A DNA stretch of 50,000 bases from positions 1 through 50,000 of the forward strand of contig NW_025214721.1 of the NCBI RefSeq assembly GCF_004010195.1. The letters are read 5' to 3'. Below the pieces are notes generated by a model. That model was not told the origin of the DNA. It did not search any database and was given only the letters and a program-made list of their open reading frames with translations. Shown piece after piece: positions 35,174 through 47,272 of this stretch. Within the stretch, counting starts at the first letter, position 1, and every line of letters starts with the position of its first letter. Both the position numbers and the translations under genes were made by a program. This DNA comes from Chiloscyllium plagiosum. Its lineage: Eukaryota.

Positions 35174-36945
35174 GAGTCATACAGCATGGAAACAGACCCT
35201 TTGGTCAAACCAATCCATGTTGTACATTATCCCAAACCAAACTAGTCCCCTATGCCTGTTCCTGACCCATATCCCTCCAAAACTCTCCTATTCATGTCCT
35301 TATCCAAATGTCATTTAAACATTGTAATTGTGCCCACATCCACCACTTCCTCAGGAAGTTCATTCCACATGCGAAAGACACTCTGTGTAAAATATTTCTC
35401 CTTTGTGTCATTTTTAAATCTCTCCTTTCACCTTAAAAATGTGGCCCCTACTCTTGAAATCCCCTATTCTAGGGGAAAAAAAACAACTACCATTAACTCT
35501 ATCGATATTCCTTATTATTTTATAAACTTCTATTATGTACCTGCACCCCTAGATCCCTCCGTTCTAGAACACTACCCAAGGCCCTATCAGTAATTGTATA
35601 AGCCCTACACTTGTTTGTTGTACCAAAAAACAATGCCTTGCATTTATCCAAATTGAACTCTATCTGCCATTTTTCACTCCATTGACCTATTTGATCAAGA
35701 TCTCTTTGTATTCTTAAAATAATCTTCTTCACTGTCTACTATACCACCGATTTTGGTGTCATTTGCAAACTTACTCACCATGCCTTCTATACTCTCATCC
35801 AAATCGTTAATGTAAGGAACAAACAAAAGAGGACTCAGAACAGATCCCTGTGGAACACGACTGGTGACAAGCCTCCAGTCTGAAAAGCAACCCTTCACCA
35901 TCACTCACTGTCTCCTGCTGTTAAGCCAATTATGTATCCAATTGACAAGCTCACCCTGAATCCGTGGGATCTAACTTTACTAATTAGTCTATTACGTGGA
36001 ACCTTGTCAAAGCCTTTACTAAGGTCCAAGAAAATAACATCTACTGCTCTACCCTCATCAATGTTTTTGGTAACTTCCTCAAAAAGCTCAATCAGATTTG
36101 TGAGACTCGATTTTCCTTGCACAAAACCATGCTGACTATCCCTAATCAATTTATGCCTCTCTAAATGTCCATAAATCCAATCTTTAATAATCACCTCCAA
36201 CAATTTATCCACAACCAAAATCAGATTGACAGGCCTACACTTTCCTGGTTTCTCCTTACAATCTTTCTTAAACAAAGGTACACTCTCCAATCATCAGGCA
36301 CCTCACCTGTAGTGAGAGATAATGCAAATATTTCTACAAGGGGTCTCGCAATTTCCTCTCTTACTTCCCACAACATTCTTGAATACATAAGATCAGATCC
36401 CAGAGATTTTTCTATCTTTAAATTCTCAAAGACTTCCCAAACTACTTCTTCTGTAAGGCAAACTGTTTTTAAAACATCAAAATTTATTTCTCTATGTTCT
36501 CCAGTCTCCATTTATTTCTCTGCAGTAAAACTGAAACAAAATATTTATTTAGTATCCTTTTCAACTCCTGGGGGTTAAACATAAAGACAACCTCCTTGAT
36601 CTGGATCCCTACCTTCTCTCCCTTGTTCTTAATGTATTTGTAGAATCTGTTTGGATTATCCTTAACCTTATGTGCCAATGCTATCTCATATCTCCTCTTT
36701 GCCTTGCTGATTTCTTTCTTAAGAATGCCCCTACACTCTATTATTGATTAAGAGTTTGAATTGAACCAAGTTGTCTATATTTAAAAAAAGATTCTCCTTT
36801 ATTCTTGACTAAAACCTCAATATCTTTATTCATCCATTGTTCCTTAATGTTACTAGCCTTATCCTTCATTGTAACAGGAACATAATGCCTCTGAACTCCT
36901 GTCATCACACTCTTGAAAGCCTCCCACTTGGTTAGATGTCCTTTT
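35174..36945 (-). mobile_element. HER1/CR1 LINE, ~1.8 kb, frameshifted RT, inserted in an older L2-like element
   Basis: PLFKKDCKEKPG..RPVNL, SQHGFVQGKSSLTNL, DVIFLDLSKGFDKVP, VPQGSVLSPLLF, KFANDTKIG and RDLGVQVH. Confidence 0.92.
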
Positions 36946-37704
36946 ATCTTAGAGAATTATGGGCCTAGAGAAGATTACAGAGATAAGACTGGGCAAGAAG
37001 ACACAGTTCAGAATTTGAGAATTGACATACTGCTTGGCATGAAACCAATGTAGGCCAGTGAGCAGAAATGATCGGCAAACAGGATGTAGAGCAAATTTAA
37101 GAGTTTGGTAAAACATCTATAGTATCCCTCGCATCACAAAACTAGCAAGGTAACAGAATTCTTAGAGTTATTCCTTGTCAGAAGATGTATAACTGAGGTG
37201 TAGTAATTTAATCAGAAACTGGATGTCCTTCCATAGTTGGCACTCGGATTGTCAGTACGTGCTTTTTTTAAATAGATATGTTTATTGAAAATTTAACATG
37301 TTTTTACAGGTTTACAAATAAAAAAAAACCCAGGTATAAACATTGATATACAATTAAATCTTAAATAAATAATAGCCAAAATCTGTCAAACAAAAGAAGA
37401 GATGTCAGTACATACTTAGTTAGACAGCTGAGACAGTCCCTGTTAATCTTTGAGATGTTATAAGGCAATCCCAATCAAAGTAACTGAGTTTCAGCAAATG
37501 ATTTGCAGTCTTAATGTAACTTCAAGACAATGCATTCATTTTTGTACTAGCAGCCATGAAAATAAAAGAAAAAATAAAGTTGAAAGATGTGTTACAGTTC
37601 AGAAAAATAATGATTTACTCTCATGGATTGAATGGGTTGTTAAAAGATTATCCCACAGCAGAACTTCACAACTCAGGCTTCACTTAATCAGATTTGCACA
37701 ACTA

Positions 37705-37875
37705 GTACAATTGCAACATTTAAAAGGCATCTGGATGGGTATATGAATAGGAAGGGTTTGGAGAGATATGGGCCGGATGCTGGCAGGTGGGACTAGATTA
37801 GGTTGGGACATCTGGTCGGCATGGACAGGTTGGATCGAAGGGTCTGTTTCCGTGCTGTACATCTCTATGACTCTA
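37705..37875 (+). mobile_element. HER1/CR1 extreme 3' end
   Basis: acatttaaaaggcatctggatggg...gaagggtctgtttccgtgctgtacatctctatgactcta. Confidence 0.85.
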
Positions 37876-38020
37876 CTTCTTCAATTTGGAAAATCTGGGC
37901 AGAAGTTTATGTTAGTGATAGAGCTGTAGAATATATCAGTTGTAAGTGGAAGCTTTATGTTGAAATTTCTATACAATGTGCATTGTACATTTGTTGCAAA
38001 AATGATCATAACTATTATTT

Positions 38021-38106
38021 CTGAAGAAGGGTCACTGGACCTAAAACATTAGCTCTGCTTTGTCTCCACAGATGCTGCCAGACCAGCTGAGTTTTCCAGC
38101 AATTTC
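38021..38106 (+). mobile_element. Penelope-type terminal fragment beginning at a decayed hammerhead
   Basis: CTGAAGA-A-GGGTC-ACTG-GACCT-AAAA...cacagatgctgccagacc; same family as 24145-24774 and 33757-33850(-). Confidence 0.7.
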
Positions 38107-38429
38107 AGGTTTACTTATAACTATTATGTGATTTTACGCACATCACATTGTATAAAGCATAGAATCAAATATTACGATCGTTCTCAACACTGCTATTCTC
38201 TGAGATCAGACAATGCAAAGAACTACAATTATTTTGCACATACCTTAATTATGTTTGCTTTTACAATAATCATTTTAATATTTATATATTTAGTCTGTGA
38301 ATGCAGTTAACATTATTGGAGAAATATCATAATGTTCGTTGGTGAGCCTGTGCAGTAATGATGGATCAAATGGTCTCCCTTTTTCCCTTGTAACATTTCT
38401 GTGATTCTAGGTGGACAATGTAAAGGAGT

Positions 38430-39070
38430 TAAAATAAAATAATAAATGCTGGAAATAGCTCAGCAGGCCAGGAGTGTCTGTGATGAAAATAACAGAATTA
38501 ATGTTTCAGGTCAATAGCCAGTCTCCCAAATCTGGCAATAGTTGGAGATATGACAGGTTTTAACTAAATCCAGAGATTGTGAAGGACTGAAAATTAAAAT
38601 GGGAAATTCTGTGATGGGGTGGGAGATACAGGAATAATTAAATGACCAACGGGATGATAATGCAAGGCAAACAAGACTAGGAAAGAAACAAATGAAAGAA
38701 AAAGGGCAGGATTGGGAGGAGTAAATGGCAGTAGCAAGGCCATCATTAACAGCTACAGTTTAAAAGAAAAATAAGAATGAACTTGCAATTTATAACGTGA
38801 AATTGTTGAACTCAAAATTAAGTCCAGAAGGCTATGAAGTGTCTAAACGAGAAGATAGTGTACCTTCAGCTTGCAATGAGGTACACCGGAAAATAGCAGG
38901 ATGTCAGGGACAGAGACGTCAGATTGGAAGTGGAGTGGTGAATTAAAATAAGCATCAGAATGAGCTTGCAATCTGAATAGAGGTGATCAGGAAGGTAATC
39001 ATCAAATCTGCATTTGTTCTCCCCAGTGTGGAGGAGACCAAATTATTAGCAGCAAATACAGTAACTGAAA
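38430..39070 (-). mobile_element. Highly decayed Penelope-like remnant
   Basis: aaatgctggaaatagctcagcagg terminus; gttgaactcaaaattaagtccagaaggct and ttctccccagtgtggaggagacc resemble GIY-YIG tail sequence at 14529-14790. Confidence 0.55.
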
Positions 39071-39678
39071 GATGAAGAACAGCTTGTACCTGTGTCTATT
39101 GCTAACTCAGAGCATTTAAGCAAGCTTGGCATTTCAATTGGACAAATTGATTCCATTAAATGATGCTTTCCAAACAAATCATAATTAATTTGTTTAATAA
39201 AACATAGTCACTTCATTATTTTAACAGCACTTTCTAAAGTCTCAGACATAAGTGGCCATGATAGATGAGGAAAAAGTGCAGATTTAAACCCCAGTGTGTT
39301 GATTGCTTTCACTGATGTGGCAGAAACAGTAGAGTGGTGACCTCAATGCTCCTGGATTAGAGATGGAAAATCATTATCACTGATCATGGAGAATGTATGG
39401 TTGAAATATACATGTGGACATTACCTGGCTGTGGTGTTCTGTACGGTTTAAGAAGGTACATGTGAATACTGAAATAACTGTCTATTTACCCCCTCTGTCA
39501 TCTCTCCACATTGCTAAAATAATCCTAATCCTTCAGATTTGTTCCTTTTCAGTTAGGAGAACCTCTTAAACACTTAATTTTCTAGTCAGCATTAACATAA
39601 TTTTGTACTCATAAAATATTAGTGGAATGAGTCCTGTAATTTCAAATCAAACATCTCTTTGCACCAATGTCAGTTTTT

Positions 39679-40005
39679 GGGGGCAGCACTATGGCTCACT
39701 CGTTAGCACTGCTGCCTCACAGCGCTAGGGACCCAGGTTTGATTCCTGCCTCAGGTGACTGTAGAGTTCGCACATTCTCCCCGTGTTTGTGTGGGTTTCC
39801 TCCGGAGTACTCCGGTTTCCTCCCACAATCCAAAGATGTACAGGTCAGGTGAATTAGTCATGCTAAATTGTCATTAGTGTTAGGTGCATTAGTCAGGGGT
39901 AAATATAGGGTAGGGGAATGGGTCCAGGTGGGTTACTCTTTGGAGGGTCGGTGTGGACATGTTGGGCCAAATGGCCTGTTTCCATATTGTAGGGAATTTG
40001 ATCTA
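39679..40005 (+). mobile_element. HE1-type V-SINE
   Basis: tRNA head, V-domain and HER1-like tail. Confidence 0.85.
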
Positions 40006-42709
40006 AAAGATGTGCAGGTCAAATTCACTGCATGTTTATATTCAAATCACAATTGTGATGTGACCTTAAACCCACCCCAATAATGCTTATTCTCTGGATT
40101 TTCTGTGTGGGTTCCTCCTAAATACCCATCAAATATTCTGCAGAAACCATGGAGAAATAATGTTATACTATAGCTTATGAAAATATCCAAATTTAAATGC
40201 AGATAACCAATTGCGTTGCAAAGTTCAAAAAGATGAAAATAGCTTTATACATACAACTTCTCTTCCACTGCAATTTGTTGTTGGAATCACTGACCGAATA
40301 TCATTCTGATTTGAACTTTTCCCCAAATTAACATGTCACGAACTATAAACAAGGTGAGTGTAGGGTCCCTGTGGGGAACAGCCAAGAGCAGTTGGTCTGA
40401 ATGGCCTGTGTCTGTGCTGTTTATTTTGAGCAATGAATTTATAGAAGTCCAAGCCATTGCTTTGATTACCTGTCTAGTTTTGAACAGGCTAATCCAATTT
40501 TTGAATAGCAGATCCAAATAAATCTCAAAAGGGAAATTAATTAATTCAGAATACCTAATTAAGTATCCATATCCAGAACTGCTTTTGCCTTGATATTAGC
40601 AGGAAACATTTGCTAACACACTTTATTTTATGATCCTGCATCAACAAATTATCATGCAAACAAAGCATTGATAATCAAATTAATTCTGACTGTTTATTGC
40701 CAAAATATTTGTAAACTCTGGGAGCATAGGACATTCAGACCCTCAAACCTACTCCTCCAGTCATTAGATCATGGCTATTCTGCATTTAAATCCATTTATC
40801 CATCTTGCTTCTGTCTCCCTTAATAATGTTACCTAACAAAAAACTTTGATTTTGAAATTTTCCATCGATTCTTCACCATCAACAGCCTTTGAAAAGTGAG
40901 AGTTCCAGATTTCCACTATCCTCTATGATCCTGACATCATCCCTGGTTGGCCTGACTCTAATTTTAATGTTATATGTCCTTGTTCTGGGATCCTGCTTTA
41001 TTCCACCACAGGAAATGGATTCCTCTTCATTTACCTGAGCAAATCCTCTTTAATTATCTGAAACACCTCAATTATGTATCGATGGATTTACAAACGCTCA
41101 TATTCACTTAGTATAATTACTGTGCATTGAGGAAGGGAGCAGCAGGTGCGCCAGATATTAATTGGATTTCAAAAAGACTGTTATTAGCTGCCATATGGCA
41201 GCTTGTTATTATCACATATTGAACACTGTAGAATGCTCGCCTGTTACCAGAGCAACCACCATACTGTGGATACTTGGGATAATCTTTATCAGTATTTCAG
41301 GGGGAGTATCCTATTGCAGAGCTAAATCTGACCGTCCACATGCTACATATGTCTCATTATCTATGTACACCACTCAGTTGCACAGAAAATTCACAAGGTG
41401 CATACAATGAATGTAGAATTTAAATCCTCAGCTGCTAAAAGTAGATATATTGAATGAAAATAGTTGTAGCCATAGAATATATAAAGATCTCTGTAAAAAT
41501 TATGAATAAATTTCAGTTTTGGAAATTCTGATTAATATTTGTAATATAAATGGTTAGTGTGTGTTTCTTTATTGAGAGGCTAGGCTCAAGAAGAAGCTGA
41601 TCATGTTACTTTTTTTCTTGAAGAGGAAATAAAATGAGACATATTTAAACATTAGAAAACGACAGATCCTAAATATAAGATAGTAAAAAATGCAATGGGG
41701 AATTCAGGAAGGAAAAACCTTTATGCAGATAATTTGGATAGTAGAAATTGTTATCACAGGAGATCGGTAGATAAGTATATGAGACAGAAAAATTAGAGGT
41801 TAGGCTGATAGTGAGATGAAATAGTGAGAAAAAGATCAAGTGGAGCATAAACTTCTTGCAGCATTTGCCGTAGTTCTGTGCTGCACATTCTCTGTAGTAC
41901 TTAGTGTATAATTTGTGAAAAGTATTACAAAATGTGAAACTACAATTCTGTGAACAGAAATAATGGGATTCATCTGTCCCGATCTCAAAACATTGATTAT
42001 TTCAAGAAACCATCCCAAGTTGGAACGTTTTCTCTGTTCTGCTTTACCTCTGGGTTAAAGTCCTAAAACTCCCTTCTTAACTGCATGTACCTACAGCATA
42101 TAGACTGCAACAGTTCAAATAGGCAGTTCACCAACACCGTCTCAACGATAATTAGAAACAAACAATAAATGCTGGCCTGGGCAGTGAAACCCATATACTA
42201 TAAATGAATAAAACAAGTATAGTAACTTTTAAAACCTTTTGCAACAAAAAATGGATGACTGAATTTCCAACAACCAATTCATTTTGTAGTTTTGACCAAG
42301 CATATAAATTATTATATAAACACACAAATAAGTAAACATTAATTCAGCCACACTTTTGTTCAACTTTTTTCAAAAGACAGAATTGTTAGCCATAATTTTC
42401 AGTCGTGAAAGATTTCTAATCTTTCCAAACCTGCTATCATCTTTAACACTGCTGTAAATGATAATACAGAAGCCACATAGTATTTTGTGGTTTTATAACA
42501 CTGTATACATGTAATATACTGTAAACCTCGCTGTGTTGGGAGGGCAAGACACACCCTTGTTTATGGCACTTAATAACTTATTGATTTCAATATCTCCTTT
42601 ATGATCCTATTCTCACCAGTAGACACGTTTAAAATGTATAAGGAATGCCACACAAATATTTTTACATAAACTAACACATTTTTGACAAGAATAGATTGTC
42701 AAAAAAAAC

Positions 42710-43060
42710 TCAGCTGACACTCCAGTGTAAGACGAGAAAGTGATACACTGTTGGGGAGCTGTCGTCCAGGTGAGATCTTAAACCATAGCCTCTGCTATCT
42801 TCAATGGAGAGCATTCAAAGCCATTATTTTAAAGAAGAGCAGGGGATCTCTCCCCTGGCCAATATTTATCCATCAATCTAATAAATTAAAATAAATTACC
42901 TAATTATTATAATATTGCTAATTTGGATGTTTGTTGTGTGCAAACTGACTTGCTTATATCATCCATTACCACAGTGACTATATTTCAAAAAGTACTTAAT
43001 TGGTTGTAAACTATCTTGAGTCATCTGGTGGTGATGAAAATGGCTGTGGAAATGCAAGAT
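42710..43060 (+). mobile_element. Deu-domain SINE (SacSINE1-like)
   Basis: gctgacactccagtg...gatcttaaacc...gaagagcagggg...cctggccaatatttatcc...acagtgactatatttcaaaaagtacttaattggttgtaaa matches the recalled DeuSINE consensus. Confidence 0.65.
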
Positions 43061-43634
43061 TTGCATGTGTTTCTTCCATTTTAATTTTTTTTTTCAAACA
43101 TTTTCAACTTCCTCTAATTTTCGGAAAGTGCTAAATTGTACAGAAGGGCTACAATGCTTCTTGATTATTTGTATTATGATCCTGGATGAAACTGCCAAAT
43201 TTATGTCAAAATCACATGAGGAACCAATTTAAGTTCTTCAGTAAAGAGTTTCAGAATCCAGGTATTTACAAAAAGAAAAAAGCCACAAGATTTCACATTT
43301 TTGAACAAATGGAAGTAAATATACTCTGCAAAATTTGAACAGCAAAACAGTTGACTATATATATGTATTGCCTCTAATAACAAGAATTAACATGAGATAA
43401 ATATAGTTAACAGGCAGAATGTGGTCAAACATTCCACAAGGCATACCAAGTAGCAAATGCAGTCAAAACAGACCCCATTGATTTACCTGCAAATCTCCCC
43501 ACTCTACCTGCAAGTTAGTGATACTATGGGTTACCAAACCTCATTAAAACTTCACAAAGAATTTTTAAAAATATATCCTTAATAAACCTTTTCTGCATGG
43601 AGTTAAGACTTAAATGTGTTCCTTTATTTCTGTT

Positions 43635-43707
43635 TTCCACACTATTATATCTGGAAAGTACTATCTGATGCTATTCCACACTATTATATCTGGAAAATAC
43701 TATCTGA
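43635..43707. repeat. 39-bp period tandem duplication
   Basis: ttccacactattatatctggaaa(g/a)tactatctga starts at 43635 and 43674. Confidence 0.9.
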
Positions 43708-44187
43708 GCAGCCTTAGTAAGTTCTTACAGTGCTTTGTGTAGATGGTACACACAGCTATCACTGTGGTAGAGGAAATGACTGTTGAAAATGCTAGTTGGG
43801 CTGCCAATAAAATGGATTGCTTTTTCCTGGATGGTGTCAAAGTTCTTGAGCATTGTTGGAGTTGCACTCATTCTGGGAAGTGGGGAGTGTTCCATCACAC
43901 TCCTGATAGGTACCTTGCAGGTGCTGGACAAGTTTGAAGGATCAGGAGATCCATTATTTGCTGCAGCAATCCCAGCCTATGAACTTTCTCTTGTAGTCAC
44001 AGTATTAATGGGACAGATTTTCCAATAGTCAGTTATTATTCCAATGTAAATGGGAGTTGTGCAAATGACTCCGCGGTATCCTCATTGTATCAATCTCTGA
44101 AGGAATTGCCTTGGAAATTCAATTTTCCTTTGAGCAATTCCTCCAAGCCTGTAACTCACTGAACGCAATTATAAAAATCAGAGACTT

Positions 44188-44928
44188 TGATTGATTGACT
44201 AATTGATTGATTTACTGTCATGGGTATCTTGTTACAAAATACAGTAAAAAATGTTGTATTGTGTCACTGCCTTCCGGGCCATCTCTTAAAACACAGTAAA
44301 AGATAAACCAAAACATAAAATATAAAGGCAGAAAGATGAAGAAATAAACAAAGTATCTGACTTCACAGTCCTTCTTGTTAACTACTCCATCATGAGCCTT
44401 GGGCCTGGTGGCCAGGCACAAGTCACCTTCACCACACCGCCAGCACTAGAACAAAAGTTGTCACTCTTCAGCACAATCTTGCCTCCCCCTACGTAACTGA
44501 CACTATCTTGATTATACACTTGACTACAAAACCAGAATAAAAAAAACAGAAATAAAGGAACACATTTAAGTCTTGACTCCATGCAGACACCTGGATTAAG
44601 CCACAGCCTGGAGTCTCAGGAGGAGCTGAGTACTTGCTGCTGTTGATGCTACCACTTCTGGTCTCCTCCCTCTGTCTCCAATTCTATAACTACCAGTATC
44701 ACAACTGGGTCCAGGAACATGCTAGGGCAGGGCCTGCTCAAAGGCTCCAATCACTGGATTTCTCACTGGATCCCACTGATCAATGCCTTGCCAAAGCAAA
44801 AGGTTTTGAAACAAAAGGGGGAAAAAAAGACAAAAAGCGAAAGCAAACAAAAAGGAAAAAAGAAAAGTGGACGGATGTGAATGAGCTCAGGAGCTTGAAC
44901 GCAGCACTGCTCCTCCGCTGCCATCTTG
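44188..44928 (-). mobile_element. Possible non-autonomous non-LTR element
   Basis: Minus strand starts caagatggcagcgg (YY1-like internal promoter motif) and ends in an (aatc)n-like tail; no ORF recognised. Confidence 0.4.
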
Positions 44929-46408
44929 AACAGAGTATTGGTTCTAATGAAATTAAGTAAAATAGTTATTCATTTCTGATTGTGTATCACTGTGCTGCCA
45001 TCCCTACTGGGTCTGTCCTGCTAGTGGGATGGAACACATCCAGGAATGATGTGTGGTTTTGTGTGGAACATTGTCTCTAAAGTATAATTCTGAGAGTTTG
45101 ACTGTGTCAGCCTGTGGCTTGACCATCCTCAAGATATATCCACAACGCAGCACCCCAGACCCCAACCACTCACACATCCACACACCCCTTACACTCACAT
45201 ACATTTCCCACAAATCCTGCCTATTTCACACACAAACCCCCAAAACATTTACACACTGCACATATGCCCGAGCATACAATTCAGTGTAAAATAATCAAAA
45301 ACACTTGAATTCAACACCCACCACCAAGTAAACATGGCTTGCCTTCTTAACATCTGTGCTATACTATGGACCCGTGCTTGAAACTTGCAGATGCCATCAG
45401 TTGCTTTCTTGGAGTGTCAATGCTGCGAAAGCAAATCTTAGATGGGGTGAAAAGAGGGGGAAATAACTAATGGCTGCAATCAGTACACAGACAACTGTGG
45501 GACATTAAGAGATGAGCTATTGGTCAGATATGGTGTGAAAAATATATCAAAGGCGTGTAGGTGAGCGCACAAATACAAAAGGATCTGTATAAGTGACTGG
45601 ACTTCTGACTGATCTGTATTCTCTGAATGACCTACTTCAACAACCCGGACAATTTGCATTCAGCCTGCAGGATTAAGCATGGCCCACTCTGAACACTGCA
45701 GTGATATGGAACCCTGACTGTCTAAGTGACTGACTGTGGGCAAACCCCTGGACTGAGATTGGATACTGCCCTTGATTAACTATGACAAGGCTACCTGGCT
45801 GGTAAGTCCTGTTTGACATGACTAAGGACTACTCCCCTTCAGCACACTGATGTAGCATGGTGCTGAACAGGATGTCTACCCCCTTCACTGATCACAACTG
45901 ACAAACATCACAAGTTGCCCAGCTTTGTGTTTATGCTAAAAAGCAAGGCAAGACAGAAGGATTGTGAGTCTTTAAATTCTGAATAAGAGGGCAAAGCACA
46001 AAAGGACAAGGCAGAGCAGAGACATTCTGAACATCCAAGTGCAAAGTGAGTGAGCACTAAGGAAGGAAGTGAGGAGCCCTGAGATGTATTCTGGGCCAAT
46101 TCATGATGTAGGAGCTTGCCCTTGTGTATCAAGTGCCCTGGCAGAGAAGTACATTGAAAGGTGCTGTTCCCAAGTGCTGTAATGAAGTGAGTTAGAGATG
46201 TGTCACGTGATGGGGTGAGACATGTAGGTGTCTGATGCCAAACTCCATGGATGGGGTAGATGCAGGAAACTGTTGCCCATGGAGTGTACTCTGAGATATT
46301 AGGGACTGTTATCCAAGCTGGAGGGCCAGAAGTGCAAGCAATGAGCTGGAGCTGGATCAGTGGTGCTGGAAGAGCACAGCAATTCAGGCAGCATCCGAGG
46401 ACAGGCAA

Positions 46409-46444
46409 AATCGACGTTTCGGGCAAAAGCCCTTCATCAGGAAT
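46409..46444 (-). ncRNA. Minimal type-I hammerhead motif (intact)
   Basis: Exact reverse complement of 47237-47272. Confidence 0.7.
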
Positions 46445-47236
46445 AAAGGCAGAGAGCCTGAAGCGTGGAGAGATAAGCTAGAGGAGGGTGGGGGTGGGGA
46501 GAGAGTGGCATAGAGTACAATAGGTCAGTGGGGAAGGAGAACAGAAGGACAGAATGCCCCTGGTGCGTAACAAGGACAGAACGCCCCTGGTGCTCACCTT
46601 CCACCCTACCAACCTTCACATAAACCAAATCATCCGCCGACATTTCCGCCACCTCCAAACAGACCCCACCACCAGGGATATATTTCCCTTATTTCCCTCC
46701 CCACCCCTCTCCGCCTTCCGCAAAGACCGTTCCCTCCGTGACTACCTGGTCAGGTCCACGCCTCCCTACAACCCACCGTCCCATCCTGGCACTTTCCCCT
46801 GCCACCGCAGGAACTGTAAAACCTGCGCCCACACCTCCTCCCTCACCTCTATCCAAGGCCCCAAAGGAGCTTTCCACATCCATCAAAGTTTTACCTGCAC
46901 ATCCACTAATATCATTGATTGTATCCGTTGCTCCCGATGCAGTCTCCTCTACATTGGGGAGACTGGACGCCTCCTAGCAGAGCGCTTTAGGGAACATCTC
47001 CGAGACACCCACACCAATCAACCAAATCGCCCAGTGGCCCAACATTTCAACCGGGCAAAAGCCCTTCATGGGCTTTTGCCCGAAACGTCGGTTTTGCCTG
47101 TCCTCGGATGCTGCCTGAATTGCTGTGCTCTTCCAGCACCACTGATCCAGAATCTGGTTTCCAGCATCTGCAGTCATTGTTTTTACCTCGTTGATTTTAA
47201 CCCTACTTCTCTCCACGCTTCAGGCTCTCTGCCTTT

Positions 47237-47272
47237 ATTCCTGATGAAGGGCTTTTGCCCGAAACGTCGATT
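47237..47272 (+). ncRNA. Minimal type-I hammerhead motif (intact)
   Basis: ATTC-CTGATGA-A-GGGC-TTTT-GCCC-GAAA-CG-TC-GATT; palindromic ACGT in place of stem III; predicted cleavage after C47268. Confidence 0.72.
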
